A stretch of DNA of 63,975 nt, filler included, from Circinaria calcarea (taxonomy: Eukaryota), in assembly GCA_051942165.1 (NCBI GenBank). It is 4 parts of 4 records of this genome, joined end to end, with 100 filler letters (N's around TTAATTAATTAA, not from the genome) between each part and the next. Parts side by side here need not be neighbours in the genome. Positions count along the whole stretch, not along the records: positions 32,185 to 48,139 come from JAVECS010000345.1; positions 48,240 to 63,975 come from JAVECS010000352.1; 2 more parts are not named here. One strand, 5' to 3'. Both the position numbers and the translations under genes were made by a program. The notes beneath the pieces were generated by a model. It searched no databases. It was not told where the DNA came from and saw only the letters and a list, made by a program, of their open reading frames with translations. Below, one piece after another: positions 36,649 through 49,118 of this stretch; the first letter of the stretch is position 1, and the number at the start of each line of letters is the position of its first letter.

Positions 36649-37086
36649 GTTTCCGCCAAATCTTTCGCCCACTGCAGATATCCTTCCTTGCCCCAATAGG
36701 AGACTCGATGTTAATTCTCCATAAAAGATACTCCACCCATTGCGAGGACCAAACTTACCAAACGTCAGACCTCGGCACCGTTTCGGGAGATCATTCTAGC
36801 GAGACTAGCGCCGTTGCCTCTTAAATTTAGGAAAATGGTACGGAGTAAGGCAGCACTCATTTTCAAAGTACTAATTCAACAGTGTATGGTTTGCTTACAG
36901 CTGTGTTTGTTCAGTTGCTTCATGTTCACCTGAGTATGTAGCTTTGGGTTGGATTCTTCGTATTTTTCTTGCAATCTTGCTCTGTCCTACTGCTCTATCC
37001 CCACGTGACTCCGCGATAGCCCTAGATTATCGCGTTGCGCCTCTACCTTCTCCCGCACATCTATCAAGATATTGAGCAATCTGAAC

Positions 37087-39782
37087 ATGTCTTCTCTGAA
37101 GAGAGAAGTACCAGACGAAGTAGACGAGTTTGATGATATTGACGACGAAGATTTCTTGGCCGAAGCAACAGCCCTGGAAGCGGCTGCCAACCTCCACGCA
37201 AAAAGACAGAAATATGGTCCGGGTCATGACTCGCGATTATTAGACTTACTCCAAAATACTTTTGGCCTTCAGTCGTTTCGATTGGCTCAAGAAGCAGCCA
37301 TTACAAGGTCCTGTTTTAGGCTTAATCTCTCGTACGGATCAACAGTTGATAGAAAGCCTACAGATTGATCAATGGAAAATCTGCCGTCGTTGTCTTCCCA
37401 ACAGGCGGGGGTAAATCACTCTGCTATCAGCTTACTGCACTCGCAATCGATGGCCTTACCATAGTAGTCAGTCCGCTTATTGCATTAATGAAGGTCTTAT
37501 CATCCATTTAAGCCCAAGCCAGAAACCGGTGCTACTACTCTAACAATTCCCAGGACCAAACCGAAGCCCTTAAACGGAGAGGCGTTGCAGCTGACAGTAT
37601 AGATTCTTCCAAGTCGCGAGACGAGTACTGTTCTGCAATGGAGCTTGTTCGATCCGGGAAAATGAGAATTCTATTTGTGGCTCCAGAGAGATTAAACAAT
37701 GAAGGTGACTACCAATCAAGTCCCTCACTGTTCGTGGTTTGGGTTTACCAATAATTTACAAGGTTTCATGGATACCATGATGAGTTTGAAAAGCGGCGTG
37801 TCCCTAATAGCTATCGATGAGGCACATTGCATTTCCGAGGTATGGTATTTATGTCCGTTGCCAGCAAGATACTTACCTACACAGTGGGGGCATGCTTTCA
37901 GACCCGACTACCTAAAAGTCGCTAGGTTTGTGCAGGAGGTAGAGGTAAAGCGAGTGTTGTGCCTGACAGCCACTGTAAGCACTCTTCGTGATTGGATTCA
38001 TCGTAGCTCAACCATCACAGGCGACCCCTCAAGTTGCTTCGGACATATGTAAAGGATTTGGTGTGGAGGATGCTGGTCTATTTAGAACCAGCAGTTTTCG
38101 GCCTAAGTATGTTACTGCATTCCCTCCTTAAGGGAAGGCAGCATCTAACATAATTATGGTCTTCAACTTCTGATTGAGGCGATTGGAGCAAACCAAAAGC
38201 AGACGAGGCTTGTAGACTTCTTGAGGAAGCATCTTGGGGCAAGTATTGTATATGTCACTGCACAGAAGGTACTTTCATCACTTCTCGTCACCGAAAAACA
38301 AACAACTCACTCCACTAGCAAGCTGAGGACCTTGCGACTTACTTGGCGACGGTCGGGTTCAAAACCGATGCCTATCACGCAGGATTGCAGACCAAGCAAC
38401 GGAATATAGCGCAAGAAAAGTTCATGACGGTGGAAAATATAATAGTGAGCTTGCACAAAACCCTACCGTTGGCTGTTCATGTATGACTAAACTCGATGGG
38501 GAAGATTGTAGCGACTATTGCATTTGGAATGGGTATGACGGCTCATACATGATGATCTTGCGTTTGCTATGGAGCTAAGAGACTAGCAGGCATCGACAAA
38601 GCGGACATTCGAAATGTAATACACTACGACATACCAAGGAGCTTGGAGGGCTATAGGTAAGTCATCTCCTAGGCCCCAATTTTCTCCTAAAATTGGCCTA
38701 AGACATTCTGGGCAGTCAGGAGATAGGTCGCGCTGGTCGAGATGGTAAACCCTCCACTTGTTTGTTCTTCCTGTGCGGCGAGGACTTCATAAGGAGGGAA
38801 AATATTGCGCGGGGTGATCTTTCATCGCTATGCAATGTCCAAAGGCTACTCCTAGAATTTTTCAGTGGGAACTTCGCAGCGCCTACGGGGACGGTTTTAG
38901 AAGCAAGGAAGTATACACAAGCTAGAGAGTGGGATATACGAGTGAGTATTCAAATCCAGTTTCGAAAATGCATTATGTTCAAGGCAGACATAATACTTAT
39001 CCACGCAGGATACCACCCTCGGCAACATTTATGCCTAACTCGAGCTACGCTATGGACTGATCCGAGAAATCACCCCCCGCTATGGCAGCTATACGTATAA
39101 GCCGAAAAGGCCCTCGTACCTGAATAGTGATGTCTCTCAAGAAGCGAAAGAGGTCCGGCGTTTCTCTGAAGTCAAGGCCAGCTGGACCCATGTCGATGTT
39201 GCAGCTGCCGCTCAATCTGGCACTGATCGATGTATGCTTGTCCGTAAACTTCAACAATGGAATGACTCGGGAGCTATCGAGCTCAATATGTCAAAAGTGG
39301 TGAACCGCTTTCGCGTTTTGAAAAGTCTCCCAAATACAAAGGAAGAAATCGATTCCATTGCCGAATCTTGCTACACTTTACTCAAACAGCGCGAGACCGA
39401 AGAAATAGCCCGGTTTCAGTCGGTTGTGGATTTTGCGACTACCAATACCTGCCTAGCCGCCCGACTCGCCACCTACTTTGGTGACTCCATCCCGAACGGA
39501 GTTTGCAACAATTGCACCTTTTGCATCACGAGGAAGGCCGTAAAGTTTACTCGGGCGCAGAAACAACCAGTCGACTTGAAGAAGCTGCATGCAATTGTGA
39601 AGATGTGTGGTGACCAAGACGACCCGCGGTTAATCGCACGGGTGGCCGTTGGAATCTCCAGTCCAAGGATTCAGACTCTGAAGCTTTCGAGACTACATTT
39701 GTTCGGCACTATCGGCAATTGTGACTTTGAGGATCTGTTGGAGGAATGTACAAAGATCTTGAATGTCAACAAATCTCAATGA
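37087..39782 (+). pseudogene. RecQ-family DEAH helicase (non-Sgs1 type), 11 introns; probable recent pseudogene (defective acceptor at 38158-38159, in-frame TAA at 39036-39038)
   Basis: Motifs [88 protein letters not shown]; Zn-binding C...YFGD...CNNCTFC; PRLIARVAVGISSPR. Both lesions were found when splicing was reconstructed. Confidence 0.8.
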
Positions 39783-41415
39783 TTAGGGTTTTGGCTGCTG
39801 GCAGATCTCATGCACATCCAAGCAAGTTATTCTCAAGGCCAAGAATCCACTTGCTCTTCAAATTCTCGACTTGAATGCAATCGAAGAACTCAGATCGCCA
39901 TCTTCAAATATATCAATCGGGCTCTCCAACGGAAGGGCTTCCTGCAAAAGCGTTACCCTCTCGGGATAAGCATAAAGTCAGGTTTGAGCTCAGACACAAG
40001 GATGTTCGCCTCAGGCTAGGAAAACAAATTTCACCGCCGAAAATCAGCATTTCGTCACACGGTCTCGAAGACTCGTTCTACCCTCTCGAAACAAACCACT
40101 CAACCAGCAACTGTGTAAAGGGAAGCCCTCGTTTCGATCCACCAAAACCTTTTTCTATTCTCTTCAACCCCATCACAGATCTCAATCCCAACCACTCGAT
40201 CGAGAACATCCGTCCTAACAATCATTGACCCCAACTCCAAAAACCCCCCAACGCCCCGCGGTAAAAGAATAAAAACCGTCGTTGGGAGAAGAAAAAACAG
40301 CCTTCGGCGATCCTAATAGAATATCGAGCCGAAAAGCACAGAAAGTTATGGTACCAAACTTCCCCCTCCCCGGGCGGGGGAAATGGCGGAGTCAGATCTC
40401 TAAACTCTCAAAATCCCCAAATTCCAGAAATCTTAAAGGACCTCCTTTCGGTCTATTCTCAACCGTTATCTTACCGCAAACCTAGTTAGCAGGCGAAGAA
40501 ACCCATCAGGTATCGTTTGGGCACCGCCCATCTTGCAAAAAGTGGCGCGGGGACTTTTTTGAGAAATTAACTTGATCCAGGCTGATATGTGTGTGTGCGT
40601 GTGTGTGTGTGTCTGTAGGTATTGTGAGTAAGATTGGAGACCATGTCCCCGTTCATGGAATTCCCTTTTCCAAGCCCACTTTCCCCCCCTCCCAACACCC
40701 ATCCGCAAGTCTGCATCCGCAAGTAAAAAAACCTAAACGGTCCGTGTGCCGTAGATCCGATAAGATAACGAGTAAGTCAAATGCAGTAGAAAATGGAGGA
40801 AGGGAGAACGCAGGAAGGAGAAAAGGGGGAACGGGATATACAAGTAAGTTACCTTATGGAGTAAACATATACGTATACATTTCCATTTGGCATTCCAGCA
40901 TCTGGCATCCCGTAAACGCCGAAAAGGGGGAGGAGAAGAGGAGGGGGTAAGGGGGGTATACGTTATTTACATCCGCGACGACGACAAATATGGCAAGGGT
41001 GCAATCTTCACATCTTCGTACCTTCACATCCCGAGACGAGGACAATCTAGAAGAGAGAGACTTCAGAGTCGTAAAAAAGATTCATCATCGCATGTCTTGT
41101 TCCCCCCCCCCCCTTAAAGAACCCGAGTATTTCGACCCGTACGCTTATTCCCAGGAAGACGACGAGACAAAGAAATACTATCCAGAGTTCTTTGGTGCCG
41201 CGTCGATCCAGGGCCATGCGTGCAATGCATCCATCCAAACCCATCAATCATCCAAATCCCCCTTATGAGCGAATGAAATGAAAAAGCGCTTCATGGTGCA
41301 CATTAACCCAAGCCCGAGGCCTATCCCAAACCCATCGTATAATCATGAAAAGACGCCCGAACCTGTCACACGGCGCCAATCCAGGGTGAAACCTGCTCCA
41401 CCGGATTCCCCATCC

Positions 41416-42942
41416 TCACGGATGCAAACTAACCTGAACGCTAGCCGTATCCGGATGGTCCACAAACGTTGCAATCCTCGACCCGGGGATCTTCTCGACG
41501 AACTGGAATCCCTCATCCAGCACCTGCACATGCACATGGCTATCCGTGATAATGGCCGCGATCTTCATCGTCCCGCTCGTCGGTCGACTCAGGCCCTCCG
41601 GCACCGTGGCGGCATAATTGGGACCCATGTGCAAGGAGGCGAAACCCTCGGTTTCGCCGGGCTGTAGCACCTCGTGGATGTCGAATTCGCCGCAGCCGCT
41701 CTTCCAGCAGGAGCAGGTCCCGTACTGCTGCGTGTTGATGGCTTGGGTGTTGAGGAGCCAGAAGGCGGGCATGTCGGCGTTGCATTTGCCAAAGGCGTTG
41801 TACTTGCAGCTGTCGGGGTTTTTGGCCCCGCTAGAGGGCATGGAGTATTCGGCGAAGAAGGCTTTGTTTCCGCCCGTCCAACCGTCTAGCCAAGAGTGAG
41901 CACGGTTGGTCGCGTAAGAGCAAGGAGCACTTACGATGAGCCAAAGCACCTGGAGCAGTGGCTCCACAATCACCATTGCACGGCTTGTCCGATGAAACGA
42001 TGATTTCGGTATTATCGGGCAAAAGGCAATCTTCCAAAATAGCAGATTCGGCTGAATTGTTGAGCCCGTTTGGGGTCACGAAGCCAAGCAAGGCTCCAAG
42101 ATTCATGCTAATCCGGGATTAACCTCATTTCTCACTACGCAAGAGAGGGTAGAGCATACTAATTGTCCTCAACGTATTGGTTATTAGCCAAAAAGGTTAG
42201 GCCGGTCGCTGTTCCATCTGCTGAATTGTAATAAGCCTGGCGAGCCCAGTTACCTGCACCAGCGTCGACTGTAGGTGCAGCAGATGAAATAGCTAAAGTC
42301 GGAGTAACGCTTCCCATCGCAGCAGTAAGATGGGCTTCCGGGACTTTCACTGCTGGTGCCATAACGGGTGCCACGGCAGGCGCAGGGCTTGGAGCAGCAC
42401 CGCCACCATAGTTATTTACCCAGCTAACTACCTTCCCGTCCATAGTCACAATAACCTTGTCACCGACGGCACGCTTCTCTTCATTTTCCTTGGCCTCACG
42501 TTTTTCGTGGCTGCGTTCATGAAAGTGCTGATGACCGTGACCGTGACCGTGACCGTGACCATGACGGTGATGTTGAGCTTCGGCTTTCGAATCACGTTTA
42601 TGTTTGGGGACACTGTCCAGAGTATAGACGGCAAGTTGTTTTACTTTGATGGGACCACGTAAGATCATAGAATACTAATCACAAGGCTAATTAGTTACTG
42701 GTAAACAACCCGGACGATGCTCTTACCTCTTCATTTAGCGGCGCGAGGGGGGCAGAGTAGCTGTATGGTTCCATGGGACAATTCCCATCGTTATCCAGAC
42801 TCTGGACCTTCTGATACGTTATCGAAGATGGGAGGCCCAGGAATTTAACGGCTGTTGTTCCATTGGGACTGCCAGCAAACTGCGCGACCGTACCTGCGAT
42901 ACCGCCTGCAATGGTGCCACTGACCCAAAGAAAGTCACGCAT
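41416..42942 (-). CDS. Secreted/cell-wall TOS1/PGA52-like protein (DUF2403 + DUF2401), 3 introns
   Basis: YSAPLAPLNEEYSMILRGPIKVKQLAVY, His-rich linker, WARQAYYNS...GLTFLAN, NADMPAFWLLN...QQYG.CSCWKSGCGEFDIHE. Confidence 0.85.
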
Positions 42943-44058
42943 ACCGAGAGATGCAGATCGTCGCGGATATGAAGAAAGGAAGGACTAGGCTGACGGTGAC
43001 TCCAGGTCCCCGTTGCTCAAGTAATGCTGTTTAGGATAAAGGGTCGTTTGCGGTCCCGATAGTCTCCAATGGAGTAAGATGCCACTCTGTATGAAGAAGG
43101 ATGTGACACTGCGGGAATGAGTGTGGTTGGGGGTAACGTGGCCGTGAGGGCGTATGGATAAAGGAAGTGACTGTGATGAAGACAATGAATGTGGATAGAG
43201 AGGTACTGCTGTGATAAAGTGAAAGGGCCGATATACTTACGCGAGCGTAGTCCGTAGAGGGGTTGGAAAGTTGATTGAAAGAAATGCGGGATGGTCTGAT
43301 AAAGTACTAGCGCAGGTACGGGAGAGTACACAGAACGTGTGCTTACAGGGACAGGGCCGGGGCTATTCTCTAGACGCCGATCTACCTTAAACTTGATTGG
43401 TCTCCTCTATCCGCCGAGCTGCATGTCATCTTGTCAGAAAAGGATCCCGGAGGTAATTTGTTATGGCTGTTCGCGGCGTTGCGGATACGAAAATTACTGT
43501 TCCACATGCACTCCGGCGGAAGCCATCATTGGGCATTCACGCCTTGCAACGGATTCCTACGTCTACGGAGTACACAGGGATCTAACCAGATTGGATCATC
43601 TCGAAGCCATGGAATGCACGACCTAGCGAGTGGAAACAAAGAGGATCAAACACGGCAATGGTGGTCTAGACCTGCCTGCCTACCTACCTCAGGGTCGTGG
43701 TTCACCCTTTCGACTTAGTTATGGTGAGATCCTCTCATGCCGCCGGAAGGGGAGGAAGATATGTTCAAAGACAGACTGATGAGCTATAGGTATGTGGAAT
43801 AATACAGCAGCACTGATGCTGTTTGCAGCTTGAGGAATGAAAACATCACGTGATTGGAGATAATTGACAATTGTGGCGCTGAGTTAGCTTTGAATGTTTC
43901 CTCCAAAATACTCTCACACCTGGGTAAGCGGTACTTCTCCAAACAAAGAATCAAATCATCGATTGTGCTATAAACTATGGGTATCTACATAAACGCCATT
44001 CTTCCTTCCACGCAAGACCCCCTTCAACCACTCGTAACTTGAGCGTCGTCCCTGAACC

Positions 44059-45674
44059 TCAAGGCGCGTTCCTTCGCCCCCCGCCCCCGGAACTGGCAAC
44101 GTTACTTGCATGTGCCAATAGAAACTTGCAGCAGGTTAGAACATATTTGCACGCATTCGTCCAGGCATCATCCTGACTAGTCCCTAGCTTGATACTCAGA
44201 TCTCCAATCTTATCCTTTTCGATTTTGTAGGGCAGCTTCAGTCCACGAGCCTGCTGGCTGACGCGGGACCGTTCGCCATTCTCCACAAAATCGCCCAGCT
44301 GGCGTAGGCAGGAGAGGAAAGCAACCATAGCGTCATTGAAACGGCGGTGGAGAAAGGTGCGCCCCAGTGGGAGGTCACCCGATGAGTAGAGTTCGAGAGA
44401 AGTGACTTTAACTTGCTGTTGATTTCGTGAGGGGTTCGACGCGGCGCCCGGGGGACTCTGGGTTGAAAGAGTAGAGTTCGATGTTGACGAGGGTTTGGAC
44501 GATTCAAGTCTTTCGATGTGAGTCGTGCTTCCCATGGGCTTAATCTGGTAGCCACGAAATGTAAACCCAAGCTTTTCGGCAACGGTTGCAAGGAGAAGAG
44601 CGGTTGTGCCCCATGCTGCATTGATCTCGCCCCATTCGACGTTCTTGGGCGGTGGTAACCGACCCAACCGCAAGCCATTGATAGTCCCGAAGTCGCCATC
44701 ATGACCAATACAGAATGTATCGTTGTAGACATTAGTCCGCTGCAAGCGCTCTAAATGCTGGGTATCGTAATCATAAGATGCATTGAGCGCATCGCGTGTG
44801 TCTTGGAATGAAGCCAAAGTAAGTGCAAACGCATTTCGGGAGCGCCAAAAGAGTTCTTCCTCATGATTTAGAGCACGTGACTCTTCTTCCAAGTCAACAA
44901 TTTCGTCTTCCAGGCTTGCCTTTTCTGCTTCCAAGGCCAATAGCTCTGCGTATGCTTTGTCTTCAGCCGTCTTTGTAGCCAGGAGGTCAGCCTCGGCCTT
45001 GGAGACTTCAGACGCGGACGGTATTTTGTTTTTGAGCTCCCGAAGGAAACTTATGTAGGCATCTCGCTCTTTTGTGGAAGACGCAAGGCGTGCTTGCAGA
45101 GAATTAAGAAGGAGTTCGGTACATTCGTTGCACACTGGGTGATCTATGTCAGAGCGAGCTGAAAGGATCTCGAAAAGCCGAAGACTAGAGTCGACTTTGT
45201 AGGACAGGGATTGTTTTGATTCGCCATTGGTATCCTTTCCCTGACGCGTCTTCGACCGACCATTTGAACTTTCCTTCGTCGTAGCTGAATGAGGTGCAAC
45301 TTGCGACTCTGTAAGCATGACGAAGGACATTGCAGGGTTATCTTTGACTCCGGCCTGGCTCGAGGTCACTATGGAGGATTGCGGTCCGATGCCCCGACGT
45401 GGAGCTGGGACAACCCGCCTGAAAACAGGATTATCCACATCTTGGACATTTTGATCGAATGTTGTCTTTCTTTCTTGGGGATATGGGGGTCTTGAAGGAG
45501 TGAGTCCAGGCAAGACAGAATGACCACTCGACCCTTTGCAAGTGTGATTGTTAGTGAAGTTTAGAATATCGCCAACTAAGTGTACCAACCTACTAGGAGA
45601 TCATAAGCTGCTGGATTTAAGTCGAGAAGTGAGCTGTCGAGCTTTAAAGGTGTTCGACATTTTTGGCAGTTCAT
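44059..45674 (-). CDS. ATG6: Autophagy protein Atg6/Vps30 (Beclin-1), 1 intron
   Basis: First exon MNCQKCRTPLKLDSSLLDLNPAAYDLLV; MSFVMLTESQ; FEILSARSDIDHPVCNEC; LQRTNVYNDTFCIGHDGDFGTINGLRLGRL; EINAAWG; WTNACKYVLTCCKFLLA. Confidence 0.96.
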
Positions 45675-45903
45675 GGTGGATTTCCAAGTTTAACTGAAGG
45701 CGTCGATTAGAAGATGAGATGCGGGCGGATCTTCGAGGGAACGCTAGCTCGTTTAGGAGGGGCATATCGCGAGTCCTATGCGCGCAGCTTACTTTCGCAA
45801 ATGGGATTTACCCATTACCCTTCAACACACTCACCGCGAATGGAGGAGGGTTGGTGACACCTAAGAGCTTGGCTTTGGATCAAGACGTTTAATCTTCAGA
45901 AAT

Positions 45904-48139
45904 ATGGAACGTCCACTGAAACGCCGACGGGTTGGTCTCGATGACCCGGATGAACAGCTACACTACCGAAGAGCCCTGAATGACTCGCGATTGAAGGCCA
46001 GCTTCGAGTCAATCTTCGAAAAGTATGGCAAGGACTTTAGTGGGGTTGGGGACGAGATAGATCTCGAGACCGGGGAAATAGTTGTTAATAATGGGCACCT
46101 CCTCTCAATGCGAGACGAGCAAGACATTGATGGAGGAGGCAATGAGGTGGACGAACTATATGGCTTGGATGATAGCCTAAGACAGAAGAAGGCCGATATC
46201 TACAATGTGGAAGAAGATAGCATATTACCTGTGTTGATCGAGCCGTCCCTTGTGCACGATCAGGACGAAGGGGACATCACAGACGAGGATGTCGATAGCC
46301 TTATGGGTGATATTGGGTACTTGGATAACGGATTAGTGGTGGTCAACCCATCCGGAGCTACCAACATAGGTATTCTGGGTTTGCCTCACCGCAATGCTCC
46401 TCCCAGCTACACAAGGACCAAACAATACCCAAAGTTGGGGGAATCTCATAATGACATCCAGCAACAGGCCGCTCGTCAACACAGCGTGTACCTCGATCCA
46501 GTAGACCTAGATACTGAGCCGAAATGGATCGCGCCACCACTACCGGATCTACAGACCAATCCGAAATACAAGTCTTTACAAGATCAAATACAGATCCCCA
46601 CAGACAATACACACAGGTCTCCTTCTCCTCCGGGAGAATCCTTATGGGCAAACCCCGAGATGCCATCTTTGCAAAAGCACAATCGTAGAAAGTGGCTGAA
46701 AACCGAGGATGCATTATTAAAACACCTAAAGTTATCCACAAAATTGACATATCGAGAGATGCAGTACAGGTTTCCTGGTCGAGCAAGCAATGCCCTCAAG
46801 ACCCGATGGAGTTGTATAAACTCCATCAAGGAGCCTTCCGTACGTCAGACCAAAAGCGAAGATAACTTAAGATCCAGTACAACTCCGAGCGTTTCAGAAA
46901 TTACGGAGAAGCCTCCAGGCAGGACAGGAATTGAAATCAGGTATAGTCGGTCTGACATACTTGGTTGCCCGATTGAGAAGGAAAACTCCAATGATGACAG
47001 AGTATGCTCAACAACACCTGAGGAAGAGCACTTGATTCAGTCAAAGACCTTGCAGCAATTGCCAACATTGGAGTCTCACCGAGCCATGAACGTTGAATTC
47101 TCTCAAGTAGTTGCAGAGACGAGTATTGTACTACCTACATCATTAAGCCCGCCAAAGGAAATCTTGCTTAGGTATAATCAGACACCACCAGCTGAATTTC
47201 AACAACTACCAGCTGAAGTTCAAATACCGCCAGTCAAAGGTCAAACACCACCAGCTGAAGTTGAAGCACCACCAGCTAAAATTCAAAATTCAACGGTCAA
47301 AGTTCAGTTATCAGCAAGCGTTGACGAACCCTTTCAAACACCTCCAAAGTTATCCAAAACAGTTGAACCTTTTGAGAAGAACCCAGTTTCGCATCCAGGG
47401 AGGCCATCTCGGATGCTCAGCGTGATGGTCGAAAGGTTTAGTCATAACCCAATAGTCACCGAACCCATTTCTCTGGCCAAATCAAACCTTCATCCCTCAA
47501 AATTACCGAGTCCCCACCAGTCCGCTAAGGATACTGCCTCGCCTAAGCAGCCTTACAGTCAAGATAAAACAGGACGAAATCCTTCCTATACAGGCCTCAT
47601 CATAACGTCTGATGAGCCTTGCATCCCCCCGCCACTCTTCGGCCCGACTCTTCCCACCATGTCACGTACAGTTGGGCGTAGGAGAGGATCCAGCGACTCT
47701 GCTCAAACGCAACCTAATACCTTACCAGGAGAGTCCACTCCTTTGCACAGAGAATCAACTCCTTTAACCAGGGAGTCGACCCCTTTGCCCAGAGAGCCAG
47801 CTCCTTTGCCCAGGGAGTCAACTCCTTTGCCCAGAGAAGCTACTCCTTTAACCAGAGAAGCTACTCCTTCAACCAGAGAAGCTACTCCTTTACCCAGAAA
47901 ATCAATTGCTTTATCCTTATCGCCAGACTTACCTCCTAAGACTCTTGGGAAAGAGTCTACATCAACTAATCTCGAAACCGCGCCAATACCCCAAGACGGC
48001 TCCCAGGAACGCCTACAGGCACATGCTTCTCTCCGCTCTACCTCCCATTGCTCCACTCCGACACCAGTAAGGCTTTCCCTACAAGCAAACACTCCGCCCC
48101 CGAAGCTTGCGGACAAACCTCGATCTGAAGAAGGCCCCG
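45904..48139 (+). CDS. Scm3-domain (CENP-A chaperone-like) protein with Myb-like domain; 3' end truncated by gap
   Basis: RRALNDSRLKASFESIFEKYGKDFSGVGDEIDLETGEIVVNNGHL (Scm3 domain); RKWLKTEDALLKHLK...YREMQYRFPGRASNALKTRW (Myb-like). The ORF runs into Ns. Confidence 0.8.
47728..47895 (+). repeat. Coding minisatellite, 8 x 21 bp (RE[S/A]TPL[P/T]-type heptads)
   Basis: GESTPLH RESTPLT RESTPLP REPAPLP RESTPLP REATPLT REATPST REATPLP. Confidence 0.92.
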
Positions 48140-48239
48140 NNNNNNNNNNNNNNNNNNNNNNNNNNNNNNNNNNNNNNNNNNNNTTAATTAATTAANNNNN
48201 NNNNNNNNNNNNNNNNNNNNNNNNNNNNNNNNNNNNNNN
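48140..48239. other. Assembly gap / contig spacer
   Basis: N44-TTAATTAATTAA-N44. Confidence 0.97.
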
Positions 48240-49118
48240 AAGCCATTTGGGACAGGGGTGGGCTTGTAACGGTATTTGACATGGAGCATTAGCATTGGGT
48301 AGCGTACGGGGTAAGCGTGGAGGACACATTGACTCGTACAGTTTAGATTATACTCGGTTTAGCGCGGCGTTGTAGGAAAATGTTGAGGGAGAGCGACGGA
48401 ATAGACAGATAGAGCCATCCTATTACCCGACTGTCGTCTTTCCCAACTACCTAGGTCTGTGTGCCAAAGTCGTTACCGACGAGAGATCTGATTTCTCATT
48501 ACATACCGATAAAGTCCCGAAGCCGAATCTCCAAACCCCAAGCTTTCAACATCTGATATGTATTCCTGTAGAAGAGGTCCTCCCCGGATATCATCGGACT
48601 TTCGGTAACGCAGTTTGGCCGCCCGTCTTGTGTAGTTTGGGTTAGATGTACAAGAGCAGGCGGTCCTCAATCTGGTGCCAGAGTTACGAGCACTTTGAAA
48701 ATGTTGATTACTCCGCATGACGCCCTGTGCACTGAGTGACCATTCATCGCGTTAGTAGAGTAGACCGGGCCAGTTGTCGCTTAACGATTGAGATCCTCTG
48801 ACACGTGACTTTTAACCCTAAATATCTCCGGTTGCAAAATCGAATGATATACGGCGTTTGTGTATGGAAATATAACGGGTATGGAACTGAGGTGAATTCC
48901 AGATATTAGTCTTTCATCACGGAAGCAGTGCCTTTGTTTACTACCCTCTTGGTTCCTTGATCTTTCCGAGCAGCTAATGGTATGGCTCATTGAGTCTTTG
49001 GCTTGGTCAAAGACACTGGGACAACGCTGGTGTATAGGTTGGAGTCGTTCAATGATATTCGCAATGTGGAATTCTTGAATCCGAGCAAGGCGATGATGCC
49101 AATTCCTTTGATCAACCA

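Noticed and set aside
39036..39038. RecQ TAA as an A-to-I 'restorative editing' site
   Set aside because: Editing would give Trp whereas the context suggests Gln (CAA), and a second lesion (the splice acceptor) exists.
39810..41268. ORFs between RecQ and the TOS1-like gene
   Set aside because: Low-complexity sequence with A/C runs and (GT)n; no domains recognised.
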